From: a virus
Lineage: Duplodnaviria > Caudoviricetes
Direction: 5' to 3' (one strand)
IMG/VR virus record: IMGVR_UViG_3300044711_000071
Coordinates: 1-36,991 of that record
Length of the DNA stretch: 36,991 nucleotides
The translations under genes and the position numbers were made by a program. Shown piece by piece: positions 7,725-15,726 of this stretch. Below the pieces are notes generated by a model. It was not told where the DNA came from, ran no database searches, and worked only from the letters and a program-made list of their open reading frames with translations. Every line of letters starts with the position of its first letter. The stretch's first letter is position 1.

Positions 7725-8125
7725 AGCGCTCCCCCCTGGCCAGGAAGACGCCCCTCAAGCGAACCAGGATGCGCAAGGCGGCAGCGCCAAGGCGGGTGAC
7801 GAGGCCAGGGCCAGGGAGTGACCCGGCGTACCTCGCGAAGGTGCGGCGGTTGCCTTGCCGCGTGCCGACCGACTGGCCCCACGGTGAGCATCCCGGGGAC
7901 GTGGTTGCGCACCGCGCCGGGCCGAAAACGAACGACTCCACCGCGGTCCCGCTGTGCTTCGGACACCACGACGCTTGGCATTCAGCAAACGGCGCGTTCA
8001 AGGGCATGGATAAGGAGCAGCGACGGAAGTGGGCGCAGTTCGCCATCGCGGAGACCAGGCTGCTCGTTGCCATACTCGTCGTGCGGGCCGAGACCCAAGA
8101 CAAGACTAGAGGAGAGCGACCATGA
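7721..8125 (+). CDS. HNH-like nuclease (DUF968/Ref-like)
   Basis: Basic N-terminus (KRSPLARKTPLKR); YLAKVRRLPC...AH...AVPLCFGHHDAWH. Confidence 0.7.
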   Translation: MKRSPLARKTPLKRTRMRKAAAPRRVTRPGPGSDPAYLAKVRRLPCRVPTDWPHGEHPGDVVAHRAGPKTNDSTAVPLCFGHHDAWHSANGAFKGMDKEQRRKWAQFAIAETRLLVAILVVRAETQDKTRGERP

Positions 8126-8778
8126 GCGGCGAGAGCGACGTCTCAACCCCCCGAGCGCTGGCCCACGCGCATCTCGGCGTGTGCATCGGCGAGCACACCA
8201 AGGCGTGCGACATGTTGACGGTGGAGTTTGGCTCCCTGTTCCAGTCTCTCGCCGCTGCCGAGGCCGAGACCGAGTATTACCGCGGGCTGGCGAACGAAGC
8301 CGGGGACGCCGTGCTATCGGAACGTGCCCGAGCCGTACGGGCAGAAGGACAGGCGCGCGACCTCGAAGGCGCACTGGCCGGGTCTCGCGAAGCCCTGGAT
8401 AGCGCCGTGGCCAGCTGGAACGTCGCAGAAGGACAGGCGGCGAACTGGAAGGAATGCTGGAGTGCCGAGGTGGCTCACGCCAACGAGTGGTGCGCGAAGT
8501 TTCGCGCCGCAGACGGACAGGTAGCCGAACTGCGGGCCGCGCTGTTGCACGCCTTGATGTGCAGCGGAAACGTCGGTGACTGCGAAGACTGCCGCGCCGG
8601 TCGAGACCTCGCGTCACCACCGGCCCACCCCTCAGCAGCACCACTACCAGGAGAGCCAGCCGCGCGCCGGGACTGCATCCACGGTCACAGGACGTGCGAC
8701 ATTTGTAGCTGGATGAGCGGCTACCCCGCTGAACAGGTACTGGCGGCCACCACTACACCGAAGGAAGGGACGCCGTGA
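8122..8778 (+). CDS. Hypothetical coiled-coil protein with Cys clusters
   Basis: AGGAG RBS; ATGA overlap; heptad pattern. Confidence 0.55.
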   Translation: MSGESDVSTPRALAHAHLGVCIGEHTKACDMLTVEFGSLFQSLAAAEAETEYYRGLANEAGDAVLSERARAVRAEGQARDLEGALAGSREALDSAVASWNVAEGQAANWKECWSAEVAHANEWCAKFRAADGQVAELRAALLHALMCSGNVGDCEDCRAGRDLASPPAHPSAAPLPGEPAARRDCIHGHRTCDICSWMSGYPAEQVLAATTTPKEGTP

Positions 8779-8981
8779 GCTACGAGGAAGCGAAACGAAA
8801 GCTGGCCGCCGACCTGTCGGAGATGCGGCGGTTCGCTGGCCCGAATCCCGATCCGCTGTACATGGCTGACCTGTTGCTTAAGTGCTTCCGCGAAGGCCGC
8901 TATGACTACGACTCGCAGCCCGCGCGTGAGTACCCCGCCCCGGCCATACCCGGACCAGTGACCGAAGAGGAGGAGGGGTAG
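8775..8981 (+). CDS. Hypothetical protein
   Basis: GTGA overlap with an RBS-like sequence. Confidence 0.5.
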   Translation: MSYEEAKRKLAADLSEMRRFAGPNPDPLYMADLLLKCFREGRYDYDSQPAREYPAPAIPGPVTEEEEG

Positions 8982-9242
8982 ATGCCGACGCACGAGCCGA
9001 TCCACCCGCCACGAGACCCACGCGGGTACTACCCGACGATGCCGGAGTTTCCGTCCTGCCTTCGGTCGAGCAAGGAGTGCCGCATTTGCCCACGCTGGAA
9101 GTGCCCCGGATGCATGACGCTGCGCCCCTGGTGCTTCGGCGCCGCCGACGGTTACCCGGCCCTCTGCGACGACTGCTGGGGCGAGGCCGTCAACCTGAGC
9201 GAGCCAGGCCGCGGCCCCTCCGTGAGTAGGGGGAGGGGGTGA
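8982..9242 (+). CDS. Cys-rich Zn-finger-like protein
   Basis: CPGC...PWCFGAAD...LCDDCW; GGAGG RBS. Confidence 0.55.
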   Translation: MPTHEPIHPPRDPRGYYPTMPEFPSCLRSSKECRICPRWKCPGCMTLRPWCFGAADGYPALCDDCWGEAVNLSEPGRGPSVSRGRG

Positions 9243-9853
9243 GCGCCGTGGCAGCTCTGTTCGTCGCGAAGGGCGGCTGTTACTTCGGCCTCGACGGCGT
9301 TGACCCATGGGACGAGGAGCGGGATGCGCGAAAGTACGCGGGACCGTATCCTGTGGTGGCGCACCCGCCTTGCGAGCGGTGGGGGAGGTACTGGAGCGGA
9401 GGACCAAGCGCGAAGGTGCGCCGAACGAAAGGAGACGATGGTGGTTGCTTCGCGTCCGCGCTGGCGGCCGTCCGGGCCTACGGGGGCGTGCTCGAGCATC
9501 CTGAGGCCTCCCATGCGTTCGCGACTCACGGACTGAAGGCCCCGGCATGGCGCGCGGGATGGCTCGAGGCCGACGACGGACAGGGACGGGTCGCCTGTGT
9601 CGCCCAGGGGAACTACGGTCACCGCGCGCGCAAACTGACCTGGCTATACGCCGTGGCGGACGACCTTCCGGAGCTCGACTGGAGCATCCCCACCGCCGAG
9701 CGCCTCGACGAAGGCTTCCACTCGAAGGCCGAGCGTGACGCCGCTCGAGCAGACGGCCGCCCACCGCGGAAGCGCCTCAGCACTGCCGAGAATATCGCCA
9801 CCCCGCCAGCCTTCCGCGACCTCCTACTTTCCATCGCCAGGAGCGCATCGTGA
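9239..9853 (+). CDS. Minimal C5-cytosine DNA methyltransferase-like protein
   Basis: VAALFV, VVAHPPC (catalytic PC), VLEHP, QGNYGHRARKLTWL. Confidence 0.7.
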   Translation: MSAVAALFVAKGGCYFGLDGVDPWDEERDARKYAGPYPVVAHPPCERWGRYWSGGPSAKVRRTKGDDGGCFASALAAVRAYGGVLEHPEASHAFATHGLKAPAWRAGWLEADDGQGRVACVAQGNYGHRARKLTWLYAVADDLPELDWSIPTAERLDEGFHSKAERDAARADGRPPRKRLSTAENIATPPAFRDLLLSIARSAS

Positions 9854-9893
9854 CCCCCTCCCGAAGCCAGAGAGCCACCCGAAAGGACCCGAC

Positions 9894-10100
9894 ATGACCA
9901 CGACCGACCCAATTCCGATGCGCCTGCACTGCCCCGAATGCGGCGAGCTTCACCTCGACGTTGGCGAGTTCGCGACGAAGCCGCACCACACGCACGCCTG
10001 CCAGCATTGCGGCAACGTGTGGCGGCCGGCCATCGTTCCTACTGTCGGCGTGCAGTTCCTGCCCGGCTTCAAGAACGAGGCACCCCATGACCACCCCTAA
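9894..10100 (+). CDS. Zn-ribbon protein
   Basis: LHCPECGELH...PHHTHACQHCGNVW; AAAGGA RBS. Confidence 0.7.
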   Translation: MTTTDPIPMRLHCPECGELHLDVGEFATKPHHTHACQHCGNVWRPAIVPTVGVQFLPGFKNEAPHDHP

Positions 10101-10383
10101 CCTCCGAGACAACGCCGAGCTGCGCCGGGCGGTGTGTGACATCGTCGCTGTCCACGACGGGAAGCCACCAGGCGAGAATCGAGGCTACGTCATCTCCCGC
10201 ATCCTCGACGCCGTACAGGCGGCTCTCGCCCCCGAGGCAGCACCCGAGCAGCCGCGCGACGCCTGGCTCGACGCGCGGCCCGCAAGCGTACCGACGCCCG
10301 CGACGTGTCACGACTGGGCGACGGTTCCCGGGATTGGATGGTGCTGCGCGAAGTGCGGTGTGTTCCGGCGGTGCTGCCCATGA
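10087..10383 (+). CDS. Hypothetical protein
   Basis: GAGG RBS; C-terminal CH...CCAKC. Confidence 0.5.
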   Translation: MTTPNLRDNAELRRAVCDIVAVHDGKPPGENRGYVISRILDAVQAALAPEAAPEQPRDAWLDARPASVPTPATCHDWATVPGIGWCCAKCGVFRRCCP

Positions 10384-10652
10384 GCGCCACCCCCACTCCC
10401 GGTACGACACCAGGCACCACGCTGGCCGAGGAGCTGGCCGAGGCGATGGAGTGGCTCGTCGACGCACATGACACCGGGTGCCCCAGGGAGCTGGCGGATT
10501 GCCCTGACCACCGCGCCGTGGCGGACATCGCTCGCCGCCTACGTGAACGAGCCGCGCTCGTGCGAGCGAAAGACCCAGGTCCGGGCTGGCCCTCGTCGGC
10601 ACTCTACGCCGCCCTCACCGGCCCCATCGCAGCCCCCAGGGAGACGACGTGA
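10380..10652 (+). CDS. Hypothetical protein
   Basis: ATGA and GTGA overlaps with neighbours. Confidence 0.5.
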   Translation: MSATPTPGTTPGTTLAEELAEAMEWLVDAHDTGCPRELADCPDHRAVADIARRLRERAALVRAKDPGPGWPSSALYAALTGPIAAPRETT

Positions 10653-10778
10653 CGGCCGGATACGTCGCGGGATGCATCGGAGTGGGCCTGCTCGTGTTCG
10701 CGGCCGGCTTCTGGTCGGGAGCCTGGCTGTGGTGGCGGGAGTGCGAGCGCAGGACTGAGCGTGTGCGCGAGAAGCGGG
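10649..10778 (+). pseudogene. Small membrane-protein gene apparently interrupted by the integrase/DUF3800 block
   Basis: TM segment YVAGCIGVGLLVFAAGFWSGAWLWW; after ~10778 the frame becomes an Arg-rich shadow reading of the recombinase. Confidence 0.45.
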
Positions 10779-11273
10779 CTGGCAGATGCCGGAGACGCGG
10801 GCGCCGTCGCCGCGATGATGGCGCTGGTAATGGGGATGCGGGCCAGCGAAATCGTTTCGCGCGTTGGGCGGGACCTCGACGACGACGGGCGCCTGCTGTG
10901 GATACCCGACTCGAAGACCGAGGCGGGCAAGCGCACCCTGCGCATCCCGGACGTGCTGCGGTCGTACCTGCAGCAACTGACGGTGAACCGCGAGCCAGAG
11001 GAACGCATCTTCGGGGCGCACTGGCGAGACTGGATCCGGAAGTCGGTCCGCCGCATCTGCGAGGCAGCCGGCGTGCCGATGGTAACCGCGCACGGCATGC
11101 GCGGCCTCCACTCGACGTTGGCCGTAGAGCACGGCGTTTCCGCCCACGTCGTCGCCGCGTCGCTCGGTCACGAGTCGAGCGCCACCACGATCCAGAGCTA
11201 CATCAGGCCGGAGGCGTCGGCCGGCGCGCGACAACGGCGCACCCTAACGGTGCTTAGTGGCGGTGCAGCCTGA
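10761..11273 (+). CDS. Tyrosine recombinase catalytic domain only (N-terminally truncated integrase)
   Basis: Catalytic residues present: MRASE (R), DSKT (K), HGMR (HxxR), LGH (H), QSY (Y). No core-binding or arm-binding domain upstream. Confidence 0.85.
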   Translation: MCARSGLADAGDAGAVAAMMALVMGMRASEIVSRVGRDLDDDGRLLWIPDSKTEAGKRTLRIPDVLRSYLQQLTVNREPEERIFGAHWRDWIRKSVRRICEAAGVPMVTAHGMRGLHSTLAVEHGVSAHVVAASLGHESSATTIQSYIRPEASAGARQRRTLTVLSGGAA

Positions 11274-11389
11274 TGTAATGCATCAGATACGCATCTAGCT
11301 GAAACTCCTGAAGGTTGGGTGCCATACGTTGCAATACGTTACGATAACATTGACCCCGATCCCTTGGAATGTGCAGAATACGTGCAGAA
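11270..11389. other. att-like region: inverted repeat plus tandem arm-type direct repeats
   Basis: CTGATG-TAATG-CATCAG (11270-11286); ATACGTT x2; GTGCAGAA-TAC-GTGCAGAA; immediately after the integrase stop. Confidence 0.45.
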
Positions 11390-11480
11390 GGACTCTGGAT
11401 CCCGAGCTTCACGCTTTAGGGTGTGCGGCGCGCCTCACGGCACAGGGGACCAGGGTCTTTCGTTTTTTTGAGCCCGGTAG

Positions 11481-12152
11481 ATGGCGATCTTTGAGATTTG
11501 GGCGGATGAGGCATGGACCCACGGCGGCGGCGAGCCCAACCGGTATTGGTGCTTTTTCGGCGGCGTCATGGGGCCACAAGCGGCGATCGACCGCCTCGAT
11601 TCGGAGCTATCCAAGATAAAGCGCGCTCACAACCTTGCCGGTGAGGTGGCATGGGCAAATGTTCGTGCCAAGAACCTGCCCCCGTACCGCGCCATGGTCG
11701 ACTGCTTGGTCGATCTTCTCCAGAGGACAGATCTGCATTTCCGGCAGGTATTCCTCGATCGCTCCCTCATCAGAGTTGATCAGAACGGAGCAGCGAATCC
11801 GGTCGCCGATCTCGACGTGCAGTATTTGATCTACTACCAGTTCCTCAAGCACGCCTTCGGTATTCGATATCTTCCTGTCGCGCCTCCCGGGCAAACGCAT
11901 CGAATACTGATCCGACTCGACGATCATTCGAGCCAACGGCACAAGTCTGACCTTCAGTCGTTCGTCGAGAATCTGAAGTCGACGCTTCACCGTCCCGATC
12001 TCTCGATCGAAGTAACTTTTCACGACAGCAAGAAATCAGTGCGTCTCCAGATTTGCGATCTCCTGATCGGAGCGGCGGGACGGGCGGGGCAGCCCCAGAG
12101 AGGAAGGAGACGCCGTGAGCGCGGCCGGGGCGGTGAAGGAGGCGCGACGTGA
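11481..12152 (+). pseudogene. DUF3800 family protein (RNase H-like), apparently truncated at ~12079
   Basis: IWADEA at the N-terminus, EVAW, IRLD, DSKKSVRLQICDLLIGA; afterwards it runs into an out-of-frame Arg/Gly tail that overlaps the next gene. Visibly lower GC than the flanks. Confidence 0.7.
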
Positions 12153-12321
12153 AGTGAAGCGATGCCGGAAGGCCATCGAGAACGGCAGCCCGGTGAAGTT
12201 CTGGCTCAAGAGGATCAAGCGCGCCCGCCAGCTCCTCACTGTTGCGGTGGCAACCCTGGCCGTTGAGGAGGCTGCGCTGGAAGCCCTCGCCGCCGCCACT
12301 CCCCTGGAGCCTCCCAGGTGA
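12115..12321 (+). CDS. Hypothetical protein
   Basis: AAGGAG RBS. Confidence 0.55.
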   Translation: MSAAGAVKEARREVKRCRKAIENGSPVKFWLKRIKRARQLLTVAVATLAVEEAALEALAAATPLEPPR

Positions 12322-12485
12322 CCACCATCCGTACGTACTGGGTCCGCGAAGTAAAGGGCGGACCGTGGGCGTTCGTGTGCATGGTCGATTCTCCGGTGCG
12401 GCCTCCCGGCGCCGACGTGAGAGACTGCGGTACGTACGAGTTTCTCGCTGACGCGGTCGCGGCATGCGGGGAGCCTCCCAAGTGA
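12318..12485 (+). CDS. Hypothetical protein (55 aa, MTTIRTYWVREVKGGPWAF...)
   Basis: Not in the ORF track. GTGA overlaps at both ends; GGAG RBS. Confidence 0.5.
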   Translation: MTTIRTYWVREVKGGPWAFVCMVDSPVRPPGADVRDCGTYEFLADAVAACGEPPK

Positions 12486-12676
12486 CCCGCAGAGTCTACC
12501 TGCCCACGGTCACGCCACCCCGTCCCCTGCTTCGGGTGGCACTGGCGACCGATCGACCGGCGCCGATGCCCAGCCCGTACGCTGACCCATGGAACATGCT
12601 ATCCGGCTACTACGATCGGGGCGACCATGTTCGAGGAATCTTGACAACGGCAGAGATTAAGCGTTCCAATCGGTGA
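12482..12676 (+). CDS. Hypothetical protein
   Basis: GTGA overlap; GGAG RBS. Confidence 0.4.
   Translation: MTRRVYLPTVTPPRPLLRVALATDRPAPMPSPYADPWNMLSGYYDRGDHVRGILTTAEIKRSNR
12641..12670 (+). promoter_or_regulatory. Sigma70-like promoter for the late-regulator/terminase operon
   Basis: Perfect TTGACA (12641), 18 bp spacer, TCCAAT; ATG 6 nt downstream at 12677. Confidence 0.5.
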
Positions 12677-12979
12677 ATGGCGAGGAAGCGTCGTTCTCTG
12701 TATCCCACCTTACGCGCCCTGGTCTCAGGTTTCGCCGAGGGGGCAATTACCCCGGCCGAGATGAGCGGCACATTAGACGCCATCGAGCAGGGGATCGGAC
12801 TGGCGAAGCGCGACCGAGCCATCGCCAACGCGCTCGAGGACGCCCCCCCGTCGTTCGAGCAACATCCGATGTACATGGCCGGGTATCAGGCCGCCTGCGC
12901 GGCCATCGCGGCCCACGCCGCCAGCTGCCCGATCGTGGGCTGTACGGCAGACGCTCCCCACGAGGTGGCCACCGCCTGA
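12677..12979 (+). CDS. Hypothetical protein
   Basis: Follows the promoter; TGATG overlap with the next gene. Confidence 0.55.
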   Translation: MARKRRSLYPTLRALVSGFAEGAITPAEMSGTLDAIEQGIGLAKRDRAIANALEDAPPSFEQHPMYMAGYQAACAAIAAHAASCPIVGCTADAPHEVATA

Positions 12980-13602
12980 TGAGCTCCATGCGGTTCCACC
13001 GCGTGCGGGAATGCCACTGTCGGGTGGTGCCATGCATCTGTGAGAAGTGGGAAGCGGAGCTGCGGAAGTCCGGCCACGACCACCTCGAGTACGAAGACGG
13101 ACTTGGGAACGTCCTGCTGGGCAACCGCGGAGCGGGGAAGCTCGCCGATACCGGGGCCGCCGACTCCCGGGCTGAGGCAGAAGCGGCAGCCACCGCCACC
13201 CTGGCCAAGCGAGCGGTACTCCTGCAGCGCGCCACGTTCGGCGTCCGCCCAGCCCGCGGCCCCGGTGGTATCCGCCCCGCCGCCTCCCACGCCAACCGCC
13301 GGCGCGATCGGGCCATTTGGGAGCTCTACGCCGCTGGTGCCGGAACCAAGCACATCGCCCGTGCCCTGCGGATGTCCCGGGCCCTGGTGCGCCGCCGTAT
13401 CGCCGAGATTTGGCGCGTCCACGGCCACCTCGCCGCCCCGGTGGGTCTCGCCGCCCTGGCCCGCGAATGTGAGGCGTCCACGGTGGTGCTAGTGTTCACC
13501 CTGCTGCGCCGTGCCATCGAGCGACCAGCAGAGGTTGAGGAGATGCTGCGCGCTGCTGAGCGAGAGCCCGAGTTGAGAGCCATGCTGGAGGTAGACCGAT
13601 GA
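12979..13602 (+). CDS. HTH protein (sigma region 4/LuxR-like), candidate late transcription regulator
   Basis: RDRAIWELYAAGAGTKHIARALRMSRALVRRRI; located just before terminase. Confidence 0.6.
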   Translation: MSSMRFHRVRECHCRVVPCICEKWEAELRKSGHDHLEYEDGLGNVLLGNRGAGKLADTGAADSRAEAEAAATATLAKRAVLLQRATFGVRPARGPGGIRPAASHANRRRDRAIWELYAAGAGTKHIARALRMSRALVRRRIAEIWRVHGHLAAPVGLAALARECEASTVVLVFTLLRRAIERPAEVEEMLRAAEREPELRAMLEVDR

Positions 13603-13919
13603 GCGAGACACAACCGGAGATCAAGCGCTCTGCGGATGGCACCTTCGCCCCCGGCGCTCCCTCGGCAAACCCCGGCGGCCGGCCGAAACGGCTGGTCGAA
13701 ATAGAGGCCATGCTCAACGAACACCAGCGGACACCAGAGCGGGTGAAGCAGGCGCTCGACGCGGCGTTTCTCTACGGCATCCGAGGCGAGAAGGGCGACG
13801 CCAAGTATCTGGACATGTGGTTCAACCGCGTGCTCGGCCCGGTCAAGGAGTTGATCCCCGAAGACTGGCTGGCCGACGCCCCCCCCGCGGTGCTTGATTG
13901 GCTGCGCCGTCACAACTGA
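13599..13919 (+). CDS. Terminase small subunit-like (DUF5681-type)
   Basis: GTFAPGAPSANPGGRPK motif; directly upstream of TerL. Confidence 0.7.
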   Translation: MSETQPEIKRSADGTFAPGAPSANPGGRPKRLVEIEAMLNEHQRTPERVKQALDAAFLYGIRGEKGDAKYLDMWFNRVLGPVKELIPEDWLADAPPAVLDWLRRHN

Positions 13920-15433
13920 AGCGGCTGGCCGAGAGGGAGTGGCAGAGGCGCAATCCCCGGGCCGCTGACGAGGCTTTCGACGTAGACAGGGCCTGCCACC
14001 CCAAGCAAGCCAAGCTCGTCAACGCCATCGTCCTGGGGCCCTTGCGCAACGTCTGCGGGCTGGCCGGCCGGCAGTCAGGCAAGAGCCACGGCGGCTCGGC
14101 CCTGGCACCCATGCTCAAGGTGCTGGCGACCCCTGGCGTCAACGCCATCGTGGTCACCGCCACGGACGCCAGCTGCGAAAAGATGGCGTTCCTCCCGGCC
14201 GTCGCGCTGAATCGCGCTCACGGGCTCGGCGGGGTGCCGACGTTCGCCAGCGGGGACCGCTCCATCACGTTCCCCAATGGCTCGGTAGTCTACTACCTCG
14301 GCGCCAACAACCAGCGCACGATCGACCGGCTCCGCGGCACGCCGAACCTGGTGCTCTGCCTCATCGACGAGGCGGGCATCTACTCCAGCGACATGCTGGC
14401 CGAGATGATCAAGGCGGTCCGCCCCGGCCTTCGCCCCCGCCGCGGAACCCTGTGCGTCATGGGCACCCCGAGCCCCGCCGGCAAACAGGGGACCTGGTAC
14501 GACATCACGGTCAACCCCGAGTACGACCAGCATCGCTTCGACTACCGCGACAACGACCGCGTCCCCGACTTCGCCGAGGTCGAGCGGACCATCGACGAGG
14601 ACCTGCGCGCCCAGTTCCCGAACCTCACCCCAGCGCAAGCTCGCCTGACTGCGTGGTTCCTACGGGAGTACATGGCCCAGTTCGAGGTCGACCTGGCGGA
14701 GAAGGTCTACCAGCTGACCGAGCGCAACCTAGTCGATAGCATCCCGCCCCAGGAGACCCACCTCACCGGCGGCGACATCGGCGTATCGGCCAATGACGCT
14801 CTCGTGGCTCTCGGCTGGACCGACGGCGACCACGACATCTACGTGACCGACCAGGAGGAGGCCAGCGGGCAAGACAGCATCGCCTGCGCCGACATGGTCA
14901 ACGCCCACAACGCCAAGCGGCACCCCATCCTCGTGGCAATGGACCCCGGCGGCCTGGGTCAGAAGACCATCAAGACCGTGCAGCGCCTCTACCCCGAGGT
15001 GAACGTCGTGGAGGCCGAGAAGCCCCCAGTGGGCATTCAGGTGCGCGCCGTCAACTTCCTGCTGCAAGGCGGCGACGGATGGTGCCTCAAGATGCTCCGC
15101 GGATCGAAGCTGGCCATGCAGCTCGCCGGCCCCACGTGGGTGGACGGAATCATCGGCGGAGCCATCGACGAGCACGGGGCCCACTCAGACCTAGTCCCTG
15201 CGCTTCGCTATGCGGCCATCAAGGCGCGCGCGTTCCTTCCTGAGCGGGATGGACCAGCCGAGCCCGAAGACGCCAAGGCGGCCCGCCTGGAGCGCGAGGC
15301 GCACGCCGCCCGAATCGCCAAGGCCAAGAAGCGGGCCAAGGAGACGGCCAAGCCCACGGCGGAGGACCGCCTCGAAGAGGACGACATCGCCGATACGTTG
15401 CTCGGGGATGACGCCGACATGACGTGGGGGTGA
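13898..15433 (+). CDS. terL: Terminase large subunit
   Basis: Walker A AGRQSGKS, Walker B LCLIDEAG, GTP motif III, nuclease GGDIG...D...DLVPALRYA. Confidence 0.9.
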   Translation: MAAPSQLKRLAEREWQRRNPRAADEAFDVDRACHPKQAKLVNAIVLGPLRNVCGLAGRQSGKSHGGSALAPMLKVLATPGVNAIVVTATDASCEKMAFLPAVALNRAHGLGGVPTFASGDRSITFPNGSVVYYLGANNQRTIDRLRGTPNLVLCLIDEAGIYSSDMLAEMIKAVRPGLRPRRGTLCVMGTPSPAGKQGTWYDITVNPEYDQHRFDYRDNDRVPDFAEVERTIDEDLRAQFPNLTPAQARLTAWFLREYMAQFEVDLAEKVYQLTERNLVDSIPPQETHLTGGDIGVSANDALVALGWTDGDHDIYVTDQEEASGQDSIACADMVNAHNAKRHPILVAMDPGGLGQKTIKTVQRLYPEVNVVEAEKPPVGIQVRAVNFLLQGGDGWCLKMLRGSKLAMQLAGPTWVDGIIGGAIDEHGAHSDLVPALRYAAIKARAFLPERDGPAEPEDAKAARLEREAHAARIAKAKKRAKETAKPTAEDRLEEDDIADTLLGDDADMTWG

Positions 15434-15436
15434 TCT

Positions 15437-15456
15437 GGTAACCGGCCCCTTGACGC
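15437..15456 (+). promoter_or_regulatory. Late motif copy 1
   Basis: GGTAACCGGCCCCTTGACGC; CGGCCCC core starts 20 nt before ATG 15463. Confidence 0.55.
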
Positions 15457-15462
15457 AGTGGC

Positions 15463-15726
15463 ATGCTGGTCGGAAAGCCCCTCTCCGCGCTCCTGCAGAT
15501 TCTCCGCGCCCACGGCGTCACGGAGTACCGCACGAAGGAGTTTCACATCTTGCTGACCCCCGTGGCGCCCAAGGCGGCAACCGCGACGGCGGCACCGGAG
15601 GCCAGCCAGCTCGAAGGCGGCGAGCGAACGCCGGGCGACGATGACGACGAGCTTGGCGATCCGCGCTTCCTGCTGGAGAAGCTCGGTAAGGAATGGGCCG
15701 ACCGCAGCAAGCAGAGGGGCAGCTGA
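15463..15726 (+). CDS. Small hypothetical protein before portal
   Basis: LLQILRAHGVTEY; TGATG overlap with portal. Confidence 0.65.
   Translation: MLVGKPLSALLQILRAHGVTEYRTKEFHILLTPVAPKAATATAAPEASQLEGGERTPGDDDDELGDPRFLLEKLGKEWADRSKQRGS

Noticed and set aside
10649-11257. 202-aa ORF taken as an intact gene
   Set aside because: Only the first ~43 codons look genuine; the rest is an off-frame reading of the recombinase.
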